Shown: piece by piece, positions 8,765 through 19,025 of the stretch | How the letters are laid out: the number at the start of each line of letters is the position of its first letter | Position numbering within the stretch: position 1 is the stretch's first letter | Assembly: GCA_963675355.2 (NCBI GenBank) | Contig: CAXXMZ010000004.1 | Location: 1,077 to 65,076, forward strand | Source of the DNA: Christensenellaceae bacterium | Lineage (GTDB): Bacteria > Bacillota > Clostridia > Christensenellales > UBA1431 | Direction of reading: 5' to 3' | DNA length: 64,000 nt | Made by a program: the position numbers and the translations under genes | Notes under the pieces: generated by a model | Seen by the model: the letters and a program-made list of their open reading frames with translations, nothing else | The model's database searches: none | What the model was told of the DNA's origin: nothing

Positions 8765-11578
8765 ATGATTAAGCCATATAATCGTACTCCAGAAGAAGAA
8801 CAGCAGTATGCGGAATTAATGGCTTGGATTGAAGCGGATAAAGAATATTATAAGAAGAAAAAATCAGGAAATAATCTTGTGAATTCTAAGCATTGTACTC
8901 TTGAAAAGCAAACAAAAAGTAACAGAGATAAAAAGATATACAAGACGGTTAACCAGTGGAAGGAAGCTGATCGCAAAGTAAAGGCAGATGAACTTGAGAA
9001 TCCAAAAGCTAGATTTTATTCAGATGATAAAGAAAAATGCTATGCCCTATATATAGAAGAACAGACAGAAGAGTTAAGAGAAATCCCTATTACAGAGTGG
9101 TCAACAGGACTCCAGCTTGTTACCGAGAAAAACCACAAATGCATAGAAAATGTATTTGATGGCATGGGACTTGTTAGTAAACGGTTAGGAAAGAAATTTA
9201 AAGAACACTTAGACGTAAAACATAAGATTACAGGTTATCAGCTGAGACTGCCTTGTATAAAAGGGTTCTTTCCATGCGTGGATTTTCATGGATATTCTAA
9301 AAAACATGGGATAGAAACTATTACAGATATATGGGGTACAAGCCATTATATAAAGGATATAGACCTGTTAATTACAGAATCTACATTTAAAGCTAAGTTA
9401 AATGTAGTAGAAACAAATGACGATGGGTCTGAGGAAAAAGATTGGTTGTTTACGTCTATTAATGATTATAAGGATAGGCTAATGAGATATGGTTATGATG
9501 CCATAGGTATTTCGAATTATGCAAAGCCTATTGAAGAACAATATAGACGTGCAGCTTATCAATTATGGCTGGCGCTTAATGTTAACAACTACGATATGAT
9601 AGCATTTTCAAATGTACAGGGCGATGTAATTCATAAGGCGTTAACTATTTATCGCAAAGAAGAATTAGACTGGGAAGATATAAAATACATATTAACTTTT
9701 TTGAATCTAGTTAAAAAAGAAAACGCAGACACGAATCTAGAAAAAGAATGTTCAGATGCTATTAAAGCTATACATTTAAACAAGAAAATGGTTTTTGATA
9801 GGAAAGTTATTAAAACCATTAGAAATGTAATAGTTAGAAAAATTGAAGATATGTGTCTAGGTAGAATGTATATTAAAGGGAGATATATGTACGTTACTCA
9901 GGATATATTAGCGTTTTTACGATATGCTGGTTCAACTGATAAGAGAAACTGGCAATATAAAGGGTTTTTAAACAAGAAAGAATGTTATAGCAGTGGAACA
10001 ATTGTTGGCAGAACGGTTCTTGCAAGAAATCCTGTTGTAAGTTATTTAGAAATTACAAAGGTGGATTTTGTAGATTATGATGGAGAGGATTCTGAGTTTA
10101 TTAAGCATATTGATAACATAGTACAACTTCCGCTTGGAATTGAACCAGATAGACTCGGCGGATTAGATAAAGATGGCGATGAGGTGTTAGTTTTATCAAC
10201 TGACTATAATCTAAAGGATACCCAAATAGAATATCTGCAAAATTGCATGAACGAAAAAATTCAAGAGCATTTTAACAACAAATTTCCTGACAAAGAAGTT
10301 GTAACACTTGCGGATTATATAGTCCCTTCATATGTACAAGTTAATGATGATGATAAAGCTACTGCCATGAGTAAGGAATGGAATAAAGAAAACGTTATTG
10401 ATTTTATTTTGTCGTCAGAAGATAAGACGGGAGTAATTACTGATATAGATACAACTATAGCGAACATAGGTAATGCAGAAGGAGATATAACGAAGTATGC
10501 TTTACCAATTGCAATCATGAAGGACTTGCAAGGTAAAATGATTGATGCAAGCAAAAGCGGTTTGTTTGATCAGGTGGTTATCCCAGAGGTTATCAGATTC
10601 AAATACAATAAAAGACCTCAGTTCATGTTTTATAAAGACGGAAATGAATTTAATAAGGACTGCGATACAGTTTCAGCACTAGATTTCCTGAAAAATGAGA
10701 TGGAGAAATCCAAGAAATATGTTGACCAAGTAATGGTTGAAAATGTGAATCGTAAGATAAAGGATCAGAACTTCAATAATATCTATAACTATTTAATGAA
10801 CCCCGAATTAGATGGGGGAGTTGTGCAGAAGATTATTGAGGATTTAGATGGTGTATATTCCCACTTTATACAGGCAAACAGAACATTAGCTATATTGAAA
10901 TCAAGTATTAATGCTTATTCTAGCGATGATAAATATAAACGAGAACGTGAAGTTGTAGACCAGCAATTTAAGGACTTGTATGACAAGATAAGAATGGCAG
11001 CAGAGGAAATTTGCAGTTGTCCATCGTTACTTGCAACTGCTGCTGTCAGGATGACATATATTAATAATCAGAATGACAACTATTCTTTTTGCTGGGTTGT
11101 TGCTTCTGAGGGTATTCTTCAAAACATCAAGATGCACGAGGATAAAGAGAAGATATACGTGGTTGGAGCAGATGAAAATGAACAGGATTCTTTTGCGTGG
11201 CTGGGGGAGTTATATAAAACTCAAATTTCAGAAGATGAGTACCCATTAGAATTTGATATGAGTATTCCGGAAGAATATTTGAGGAAGAAAGCCGAGGAAC
11301 TGCCTGATATTCATGATCTTACAATAACCATTATGGGTGTTGAAAAGGAAAAGGCAAAAGAAGTAGCTGCTGAAATGCTAAACAACAGCTTTAAGATATT
11401 TGTGAACGATAAAGGTTGGGTTGGAATATTGGGAGATATGAGCATAAAAGAAAGAGAAACGCTTACTTCAGGAGTTGATTTGCGAAAATATATTGGTCAT
11501 GATGTTATGATTAAAGAAATTATTACAGCTAAGAATACTCAAACCGTAATCAAAGTGACTGTTGATATTAAAGGTTAG
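8765..11578 (+). CDS. Two-barrel RNA polymerase of the cellular-RdRP / SPbeta YonO type
   Basis: VFDGMGLVS (~9151-9178) matches fSDGvG. GYQLRLPCIKGFF (~9233-9271) matches QiR.gG.KG. VLARNPVVSYLEI (~10016-10054) matches RNP.lHPGD. GGLDKDGDEV carries DxDGD at 10166-10180, the metal-binding signature. ATG 8765 (MIKPYNR) is preferred over 8720. Confidence 0.7.
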   Translation: MIKPYNRTPEEEQQYAELMAWIEADKEYYKKKKSGNNLVNSKHCTLEKQTKSNRDKKIYKTVNQWKEADRKVKADELENPKARFYSDDKEKCYALYIEEQTEELREIPITEWSTGLQLVTEKNHKCIENVFDGMGLVSKRLGKKFKEHLDVKHKITGYQLRLPCIKGFFPCVDFHGYSKKHGIETITDIWGTSHYIKDIDLLITESTFKAKLNVVETNDDGSEEKDWLFTSINDYKDRLMRYGYDAIGISNYAKPIEEQYRRAAYQLWLALNVNNYDMIAFSNVQGDVIHKALTIYRKEELDWEDIKYILTFLNLVKKENADTNLEKECSDAIKAIHLNKKMVFDRKVIKTIRNVIVRKIEDMCLGRMYIKGRYMYVTQDILAFLRYAGSTDKRNWQYKGFLNKKECYSSGTIVGRTVLARNPVVSYLEITKVDFVDYDGEDSEFIKHIDNIVQLPLGIEPDRLGGLDKDGDEVLVLSTDYNLKDTQIEYLQNCMNEKIQEHFNNKFPDKEVVTLADYIVPSYVQVNDDDKATAMSKEWNKENVIDFILSSEDKTGVITDIDTTIANIGNAEGDITKYALPIAIMKDLQGKMIDASKSGLFDQVVIPEVIRFKYNKRPQFMFYKDGNEFNKDCDTVSALDFLKNEMEKSKKYVDQVMVENVNRKIKDQNFNNIYNYLMNPELDGGVVQKIIEDLDGVYSHFIQANRTLAILKSSINAYSSDDKYKREREVVDQQFKDLYDKIRMAAEEICSCPSLLATAAVRMTYINNQNDNYSFCWVVASEGILQNIKMHEDKEKIYVVGADENEQDSFAWLGELYKTQISEDEYPLEFDMSIPEEYLRKKAEELPDIHDLTITIMGVEKEKAKEVAAEMLNNSFKIFVNDKGWVGILGDMSIKERETLTSGVDLRKYIGHDVMIKEIITAKNTQTVIKVTVDIKG

Positions 11579-11900
11579 CCTTATTGCCAGCGAAGCTGGC
11601 GTAGGGTGGACAATACAAGGGTAATATCTTGCCGTTTAAATTATTTTAATAATCTAGTATAAGGGGGGATTTTTAATGATTTATTTGTGATAACATAGTA
11701 AAAAATCAAGCACGTGTTGTTTATCTTAGATTAAAGATATCTATATGTTTAGGTGTTTTTTATTTTGTCATTTTTTATATTCATTGATTGAGGCAAAGTT
11801 AGGCGTTTTGTTTTTCACTAAATATTGTAAGCACTATTAAAATTAAATTTAAAGGGGGACAACTAATCTGAAACTTAAAAAAACTGAACAAATTGTAAAC

Positions 11901-13895
11901 ATGGATATCAATGATAATTCTCCAAAAGAGATAGTTGATAACTTTGTATACTCACAAGAAATCTTGTATGGTAATAACGTTAATAAAACACAACGAAAAA
12001 ACATGAGCACACTTGCAAATTTACTATACTATCCAAATCAAGATGATATCAATGTGCCTATTGTTGCAAACATACCAATGGGGGAAGGTAAATCTAGCCT
12101 TTTAATTGAGTTTATGAAATATCTATGTGCTAAAGACCCTGGATTTGGAGCGGTGGTTGTTAAAAAGACGTTAGAGGAATGTCATGATTTTTGCATTGAA
12201 ATGGGACTTAAAAATAAAGAATATGAATTTGAAGTCTTTGGCAATGATAAACAGAAATTAACAGATGCTTACTATAATTCTACAAGTGGAGAGCAATTAA
12301 AATTATATAACACTATAAATCAAAGCGACTTTATTGCTAGAACTGTAAGGGGATTTAATTTTACTGATTGTGTTAAATACGGCAAAAAAACAAAAGAAGA
12401 GATTACTGAAAATATATCATATGATCTTGTTGATTACGACTATAGATTATGTCGGGGGTGTGATATGAAATGCTCAGCTAAAATGAGCAAAGTTGAATGC
12501 AGAAAACACGGAATTTTAGCAATATCTCATACAAGGTTATTTTTAAGCAACTATATAAATGAGTTCTGTGATGATATCATGTATTTTAACCTTAATGGTG
12601 AGAAAGCGAAACGAAGGCTTTTAATAATTGATGAAAAGATTGACATGTGTGATATACCAAGTATTACTGATTCAGACTTTGAAAAACTAAGGGAGATAGT
12701 ATTTGAAAAATTCAGTCAATATGGAATGTTGTTTAACGAAATATATGAATATATTAATTGTTTAGAATATCAAGAAGAAATGAATAAGCCAGTAAAAGAG
12801 CAAACAAAACTATTTCGTAATGGTATTGGTTTTGAATTTGAAGAGGAATTACTTGAAGCGTTTTATGAAGATACTTCTATTGACAGAAAAATTTATGAAA
12901 ACCTTTTAAACTTGGGTAGAATTTTAAACAGTAAAAATATTACTACTGGCATTCCGTATCGTTTTGCAGATAGTAAGGCGAGAGCTGATAAAGAAAACAG
13001 AAAATTAACGAGAGAAATATTTGCTCATAAATACTTAGACTTAGCAGCATATAACAATAAATTTGATAAGACTTTGATTTTGGATGCAACAGCTAATTTA
13101 GACTATGATTATGATAAATCTAACGTTATAGGATGTGATGATATAATTAATGAAAAAAGAGAAATAAATGTGTATATTCCATATAGGGATGCTAATACAT
13201 CAAAAAGCAGTTTATTAAGTGCTGGTAATCATAAAATGAAAGCTATGGAGAGAACTTCTTCTTACATGGATAATATAAAAAATCTTGTATTGGAATGTAA
13301 GCAGATAATGGAAACTTGTAATAAAAAAACATTGATTGTTGTATATAAAGAAATCATAATAAACAAAACTTATGAGTTTAAGAAAGATTTTATAAATGAA
13401 TTAGAGAACGAATATGATGAGGGCAACTATGAAATAATTCATCATGGTGAATTTACGACGGGTGTCAACAAATTCTCGGATTGTGAAAGGCTTATAATAA
13501 TTGGACAATTAAACAAATCTAGTAGTTTTTATCAGAATAAGTGTCTAGCTGTTGGAAGAAAAATTGAAGAAGATGATACTGATGTTCAACATATTAGTAA
13601 TACTGCTCTTAATGATTACTTGATATCAAATATACAGCAAATAGGGAGAACTGCATATAGAAACGAAAAAGTAGTTGATGTATATTTTTTGGCAAGAAAA
13701 GAAGTAATTGAAATCCTCTTAACCGAACTAGATAAATATTTTTTATCAACAAAAAACACGTTTAAAAATACATATTATTATAAAGACCTAACAAAACAGG
13801 AATTATTAATTGAGAAGATTTTAGTTACGTTTAAGGGTTTGAAAAAGGGTGAGATTATCAAAAGCAGGATATCAAAGCGCTGTGCGATGAAATAG
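11901..13895 (+). CDS. SF2 helicase-like P-loop NTPase
   Basis: Walker A PMGEGKSS, Walker B LLIIDEKID, LILDATAN (motif III-like) and QQIGRTAYRN (motif VI-like). A Cys cluster (CRGCDMKCS..C) sits between motifs I and II. Confidence 0.5.
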   Translation: MDINDNSPKEIVDNFVYSQEILYGNNVNKTQRKNMSTLANLLYYPNQDDINVPIVANIPMGEGKSSLLIEFMKYLCAKDPGFGAVVVKKTLEECHDFCIEMGLKNKEYEFEVFGNDKQKLTDAYYNSTSGEQLKLYNTINQSDFIARTVRGFNFTDCVKYGKKTKEEITENISYDLVDYDYRLCRGCDMKCSAKMSKVECRKHGILAISHTRLFLSNYINEFCDDIMYFNLNGEKAKRRLLIIDEKIDMCDIPSITDSDFEKLREIVFEKFSQYGMLFNEIYEYINCLEYQEEMNKPVKEQTKLFRNGIGFEFEEELLEAFYEDTSIDRKIYENLLNLGRILNSKNITTGIPYRFADSKARADKENRKLTREIFAHKYLDLAAYNNKFDKTLILDATANLDYDYDKSNVIGCDDIINEKREINVYIPYRDANTSKSSLLSAGNHKMKAMERTSSYMDNIKNLVLECKQIMETCNKKTLIVVYKEIIINKTYEFKKDFINELENEYDEGNYEIIHHGEFTTGVNKFSDCERLIIIGQLNKSSSFYQNKCLAVGRKIEEDDTDVQHISNTALNDYLISNIQQIGRTAYRNEKVVDVYFLARKEVIEILLTELDKYFLSTKNTFKNTYYYKDLTKQELLIEKILVTFKGLKKGEIIKSRISKRCAMK

Positions 13896-14519
13896 GTATG
13901 GATAAATCAGTTATCAGAAATACACGATTTAAGCAAAAATTAAAACAAATAGGTATGATATATAATCTTGGGAATAATAGACAGTACATTCTTACTAAGA
14001 ATATATAAAAAGTGTGAAACTCCTATATATATTATATATAGGATATTAACGCTTTTAGTGTTATATATATGGAAGAGTAATAACAATTAATAGTAAAAAT
14101 ATTCGAGTCAAAATAAGTTAGTAAGGGTTTAAGCTATCTATCTTACATGATAGGTAGCTTTTTTGTTGTGTAAATTAATAATGAAGGAGTGTTAAATATG
14201 GAATTTTTAAAGTGCTGTTTATAGAAGCATCAAGAGTCGCTGTTGGGTTATATGGTTTGTTATTTTTTATTAGTATATTTTACTTGGCAGATATAGCAAT
14301 TAAAAGGATAATGGCTTTTATAGTCAAAAAATTTAAGCAATAAAAAATTATATTTATGTGGACAATGCTCGCATTGGACACAAGGGTGGAAAAATGCTGA
14401 GTTTACGAAGCGTTTTTTCCAGCCAAGGGGGTGGGTTTACCCACAAAGCATATAACTGTTTATTCCAAATGGAGTAGGCAGTTTTTTTATACCAATTTTG
14501 AAAGGAGTATTAAACTACT

Positions 14520-15758
14520 ATGGAATTCAGGAAAATTAAAATATCAGAATTAAAACATGCTGAATATAACCCTAGGGTTGACTTACAAGCTGGAGATAAA
14601 GAGTTTGAGAAAATAAAGAGTAGTATTACCGAGTTTGGCTACTGTGAACCTATTATTGCAAATAGTGATTTGTCGATTATTGGAGGACATCAAAGAGCAA
14701 AGGTATTAAAAGAACTCGGATATGAAGAAATCGACTGTGTTGTTATTGATATTGATAAGACTAAAGAGAAAGCACTGAACATTGCACTTAACAAAATCAC
14801 AGGAAAATGGGATGAACAGAAGCTAAGTCAATTATTAGAAGAATTAAAGCTTGAAGATTATGATATTGAGATAACTGGCTTTGATTGGTCAGATGCAGAA
14901 AAGCTATGGGATGAGTATATATTAAATGATGAGCAGGCAGAGGAAGAAGAAATACCTGAGTTGCCTGAAGAACCTGTTATTAAAACAGGTGATATTGTTT
15001 TGCTGGGCAAACACAGATTTATCTGCGGAGATGCTACTAATAATAAAGACTTAGAAAAACTAATGAATGGCGAAAAAGCAAAGCTTGTAGTGACAGATCC
15101 TCCCTACGGTATAAGCTATGTGGGGAAAACAGAAGAAGCGTTGACAATACAAAATGATAATCTTGATGATGGCGAGTTTTACAGCTTCCTGCTTGAAGCT
15201 TTTAAAAGATTGTATGAAATATCTGATGATGGAGCTAGCATATATGTATTCCACGCTGATGCAAAAGGTTTGATTTTTAGAAGAGCATTTGTTGATTCAG
15301 GGTTTAAACTTTCTCAATGTTGTGTATGGGTAAAAAACACCTTTGTTATGGGCAGACAACCATATCAGTGGCAACATGAGCCAGCTCTATTTGGTTGGAA
15401 ACCAACAGGCTCTCATTATTGGAATGGGGATAGAAAACAAAGCACAATATGGAATTTTGACAAACCTAGGGTAAATGATATACATCCCACAATGAAACCC
15501 ATTCCTTTGATTGAGTATATTATAAAAAACTCCAGTAAATATGGAGATATTGTTGTAGATACATTTTTAGGGAGTGGGACAACTATTCTAGCAGCAGATA
15601 ATACAAATAGGATTTGTTATGGGAGTGAATTAGATCCAAAATATTGTCAGGTTATTATAGAACGATGGATAAATTATAAAGATGGTGATGAAGTTATTAT
15701 TGAAAGAGAAGGACAGCAATATAAGTATTGTGAGTTAAAGCTAGAAATAGCGGTTTAA
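14520..15758 (+). CDS. ParB-like nuclease domain fused to a DNA methyltransferase (DPPY, beta-class order)
   Basis: The N-terminus has ..YNPR..IIGGHQRAK (ParB/Srx fold). The MTase has motif IV VVTDPPYG followed by motif I DTFLGSGTT. Confidence 0.9.
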   Translation: MEFRKIKISELKHAEYNPRVDLQAGDKEFEKIKSSITEFGYCEPIIANSDLSIIGGHQRAKVLKELGYEEIDCVVIDIDKTKEKALNIALNKITGKWDEQKLSQLLEELKLEDYDIEITGFDWSDAEKLWDEYILNDEQAEEEEIPELPEEPVIKTGDIVLLGKHRFICGDATNNKDLEKLMNGEKAKLVVTDPPYGISYVGKTEEALTIQNDNLDDGEFYSFLLEAFKRLYEISDDGASIYVFHADAKGLIFRRAFVDSGFKLSQCCVWVKNTFVMGRQPYQWQHEPALFGWKPTGSHYWNGDRKQSTIWNFDKPRVNDIHPTMKPIPLIEYIIKNSSKYGDIVVDTFLGSGTTILAADNTNRICYGSELDPKYCQVIIERWINYKDGDEVIIEREGQQYKYCELKLEIAV

Positions 15759-15823
15759 TAAGGCATAGAACAAATGTACGAGAGAGCCGATATAGGCTCT
15801 TTCGTTATTTAGGAGGTGAAAAC

Positions 15824-16360
15824 ATGGGTAGCAGAAAAGGAATTCCTAATAAAGAAACTCGATATGATTTAGATATTTTACCAAGATTGTCTGACATAAA
15901 AGAATGGCTGATGCAGGGAGATACAGTAAGAGAGGTTTGCAAGAAACTTGCTATTTCACATGACACTTGGTATCGTTATTGTAAAGAGCATGAAACACTG
16001 TCTGAGCTCGTTACGCTGGGCAGGTCTGTTATATGTAACGAGGTAGAAAAATCATTATTGAAGCTTTGTACGGGTTATGAGTATGAAGAACTTAAGACTA
16101 TTGTTGAAGAGGATAAAAATGGAAAGAAACGTACTAAGATTGAAAAAGCAAAACGTCACCAGCCACCATCAGCTGCAGCTATTTCATTCTTTCTGCGTAA
16201 CAGATTACCTGAGGAATGGTCAGAGAAAAGAGAACTGCTTTTAGACACTAAGGAAAACGAAGAGGCAAGGAAGAAGCTGTTCATTGAAATGATAAACGAA
16301 GATGTAATTGAAGTTGAGTATGACCAAGAAGACGAGGAGCAAACAAATCTAGATACATAG
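15824..16360 (+). CDS. terS: Putative terminase small subunit (HTH)
   Basis: It has an N-terminal HTH (VREVCKKLAISHDTWYRYCK), a basic middle and an acidic tail, and lies upstream of terL. Confidence 0.6.
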   Translation: MGSRKGIPNKETRYDLDILPRLSDIKEWLMQGDTVREVCKKLAISHDTWYRYCKEHETLSELVTLGRSVICNEVEKSLLKLCTGYEYEELKTIVEEDKNGKKRTKIEKAKRHQPPSAAAISFFLRNRLPEEWSEKRELLLDTKENEEARKKLFIEMINEDVIEVEYDQEDEEQTNLDT

Positions 16361-16444
16361 TTATGGTTATGTCTCTAGAATTAGCTTGATTAGAAGAAGT
16401 TAGTACGGTAATGTGAACACACCAAAGAGAAAGGGCGTGTTTTA

Positions 16445-17344
16445 TTGTTTGATTTAAGTGGTTTTGAGATTAGCTTATACAGGAAAGAATTTAGTGAAAA
16501 CACAGTGTCCTGCTATATAAGGGACATGAAAGAGTTTTTAGGGTGGCTAGAACTTAATGGCAAGTATGTTGCTGAGATTGACGAGTTTGTCTTGCAAAGA
16601 TATAAGAAGTATTTGTTAAAGGTGAACCAGTCAATCCTTAGCATCAACCGTAAGTTAGCTTCTTTGAATTCATTTTGCAAGTTCCTGCATAACGACAACC
16701 TCTTAGTAGATTCAATAAGCGTAAAGCTAATAAAGAATAGAGACAAAGGTGAATACAAAGGCATACAACCTGACCACCTACATTGCTTTAGAGAAGAAGT
16801 GCATGAACAGGGCAACAAACAACATATCTGTATTGTTGAAATATTACTAGCAACAGGTATAAGAGTAAGCGAACTATGTAACCTTAGGCTTAGTGATATA
16901 ACCCTAGCAGACAATAGAAGCCAGATAAAAGTTATTGGTAAAGGCAGTATAAATAGAACCATTCCACTTAATCATGACGCTAAGAAAGCAATTGAAAAAT
17001 ACTTAAAAGTTAGACCTAAGTCATCGCTAGATTACCTGCTTATTGGACAAAGAGGTGCGTATAGTCGTAATGCAATCAACTTAATCTTAAAGAAATACTC
17101 AAATCAAACTGGAATAAAGGTAACACCGCATAACCTACGTCATAGTTTTGCATATAACCTAATAATGAATAATACTCCAATTACAATGATACAAGACTTA
17201 TTAGGACACTCCTCTATATTAACAACAATAAAGTATACTCAAACTACTGAACAAGATAAGATAGATGCTTTAAATGCATTGGTTTGGCAATTAGTAATAG
17301 CACCTTTTCAAATAGGAGGGGTGCTTCTATTTTGCAATGAATAG
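16445..17344 (+). CDS. Tyrosine recombinase, XerC/XerD-like
   Basis: It has an N-terminal SAM-like domain and the catalytic set ATGIRVSEL (R), HNLRHSFA (H-x-x-R) and LLGHSSILTTIKYT (H, Y). TTG start. Confidence 0.85.
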   Translation: MFDLSGFEISLYRKEFSENTVSCYIRDMKEFLGWLELNGKYVAEIDEFVLQRYKKYLLKVNQSILSINRKLASLNSFCKFLHNDNLLVDSISVKLIKNRDKGEYKGIQPDHLHCFREEVHEQGNKQHICIVEILLATGIRVSELCNLRLSDITLADNRSQIKVIGKGSINRTIPLNHDAKKAIEKYLKVRPKSSLDYLLIGQRGAYSRNAINLILKKYSNQTGIKVTPHNLRHSFAYNLIMNNTPITMIQDLLGHSSILTTIKYTQTTEQDKIDALNALVWQLVIAPFQIGGVLLFCNE

Positions 17345-17391
17345 CCTATCAGCTGATGCCCCAGAAATTTTTCTAACGATTTTAGAAAGGA

Positions 17392-18993
17392 ATGATGCGA
17401 TTGACAGAATTTGAAAGACAGAATAAATTACTAAAGCAATATATGGATAAATATTTTACCACATCAAAGATAACACAACTAATTGAGACATTTACATTTT
17501 CAGAGCTTCGTAAACTTCTAGGCGAGATGGATATTGAATTCTTTGCTATCTGTTATTTCCCTAAATATTTCGATAGACAATTTGGGCAGTTTCATAAAGA
17601 ATTATTTGCTGAACTAAAATATATGCTTAGCAACAAAGGGTTGATTGAGGCTTTTGGACTTCCAAGAGAGCATGGAAAGTCGACAATTAATTCTTTTCTG
17701 TTCCCTTTGTATTCAACCCTGTACAATAAATCACAGTTTACTCTAATAATATCAGCTACTGAACAAATAGCTTTACCGTTTCTTGACATGATAAAAGATG
17801 AACTTGAAACCAACCAATTATTAAAAGAGGACTTTGGTATTGAAGCAGGCAGCAGATGGAACAACAACGAGATATGGATTAGAAGCAGAAATGGAATAGA
17901 TTCTTGTATCATGATTAGGGGGATAGATGGTTCGCTAAGGGGCATACATTACAAGCAGTATAGACCGACACTTGTTTTGCTAGATGATTTGTTAAAAGAT
18001 GATACTGCTAAAAGCGAATCTAAACGAGATCAAGTTAAATCAACATTTAGAGATGTTGTCATCCCGATAGGCACTAAGGATACTAATATACTTGTAGTGG
18101 GGACTATACTAAATGAAGAGGATCTGATGTCTGATTTGCTAAAGGGAAGAATATCTGGAGTTAGAAGCATAAAGAAATCAGCGATTATAAACTGGTCAAT
18201 AAGAGATGACCTATGGAGTGAGTGGGAAAAGCTATATAATGATTTAAAGGATTTAGACAGGATAGAAACTGCTAAGTCCTTTTTCTATGACCATAAAAAA
18301 GAAATGCTAGAAGAAACAGAAATCTTATGGGAAGAATACCTAGACTATTATTATCTTATGTGTAAAAAACAATCTATGGGCGATAAGTCGTTCTACAAAG
18401 AAATGCAGAATGACCCTAGAAGCACAGATGACTATATCTTTCAAAACATATTCTATTGGGATAAACTGTCCGACTTTGAAGAAATGGAAGTGGTTGTGTA
18501 TATAGACCCTGCTATAAAAGCAGGTAAAAGAAACGATTACTCAGCTATTACCGTATTAGGTCAAGATAGAAAAACAAAGCAGATGTATGTTATAGATGGG
18601 AATATATATAAGCTGCTACCAGATGATTTATTTAAAGTTGCAATTGAAAAGATTGAGATGTATTACCCAGAGAAAATAGGGTTTGAAGTCAATCAAGCAC
18701 AAAGCTATATGAAACAGAAGTTTGAAGAGGAGTTATGGAAGAATAAGGTTCATACACCAGTTGAAGAAGTGCATAGCAGAGGAAATAAACATGAAAGGAT
18801 AATAAGCCTAGAGCCTGATGTTAAGAAGGGATATATATTATTTAATCTAGCCAATATAGGGTACAACAATCAAGTCAAAGACTATAACAAGTTTGCTAAA
18901 TATGATGATGCTCCAGACTCACTTTATGGTGCTGTACAGTTGGTACAAGGGTTGCAAAGTTTAAAGTTTTATGACAGGAGGCTATTGTTTTAG
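17392..18993 (+). CDS. terL: Terminase large subunit
   Basis: Walker A LPREHGKST, Walker B LVLLDDLL, and a C-terminal RNaseH-like nuclease region (VYIDPA.., DDAPDSL). It sits before the portal gene. Confidence 0.9.
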   Translation: MMRLTEFERQNKLLKQYMDKYFTTSKITQLIETFTFSELRKLLGEMDIEFFAICYFPKYFDRQFGQFHKELFAELKYMLSNKGLIEAFGLPREHGKSTINSFLFPLYSTLYNKSQFTLIISATEQIALPFLDMIKDELETNQLLKEDFGIEAGSRWNNNEIWIRSRNGIDSCIMIRGIDGSLRGIHYKQYRPTLVLLDDLLKDDTAKSESKRDQVKSTFRDVVIPIGTKDTNILVVGTILNEEDLMSDLLKGRISGVRSIKKSAIINWSIRDDLWSEWEKLYNDLKDLDRIETAKSFFYDHKKEMLEETEILWEEYLDYYYLMCKKQSMGDKSFYKEMQNDPRSTDDYIFQNIFYWDKLSDFEEMEVVVYIDPAIKAGKRNDYSAITVLGQDRKTKQMYVIDGNIYKLLPDDLFKVAIEKIEMYYPEKIGFEVNQAQSYMKQKFEEELWKNKVHTPVEEVHSRGNKHERIISLEPDVKKGYILFNLANIGYNNQVKDYNKFAKYDDAPDSLYGAVQLVQGLQSLKFYDRRLLF

Positions 18994-19019
18994 AAAGGGG
19001 ATTTCAACTATCCCCTTTT
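18994..19019. terminator. Bidirectional hairpin between terL and the convergent zinc-ribbon gene
   Basis: aaaggggat (18994-19002) pairs with atccccttt (19010-19018). It has A/T runs on both sides. Confidence 0.6.
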
Positions 19020-19025
19020 GCCTAG

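Noticed and set aside
16513..16962. Long antisense ORFs inside clear genes. Examples: 722-922, 1616-1885, 3192-3455, 3472-3765, 10315-10554, 16513-16962, 17592-17945, 24819-25199, 25377-25781, 26643-27074, 33428-33760, 43742-44134 and 55913-56110.
   Set aside because: They are shadow ORFs opposite well-supported coding regions. They have no RBS and show low-complexity or biased composition.
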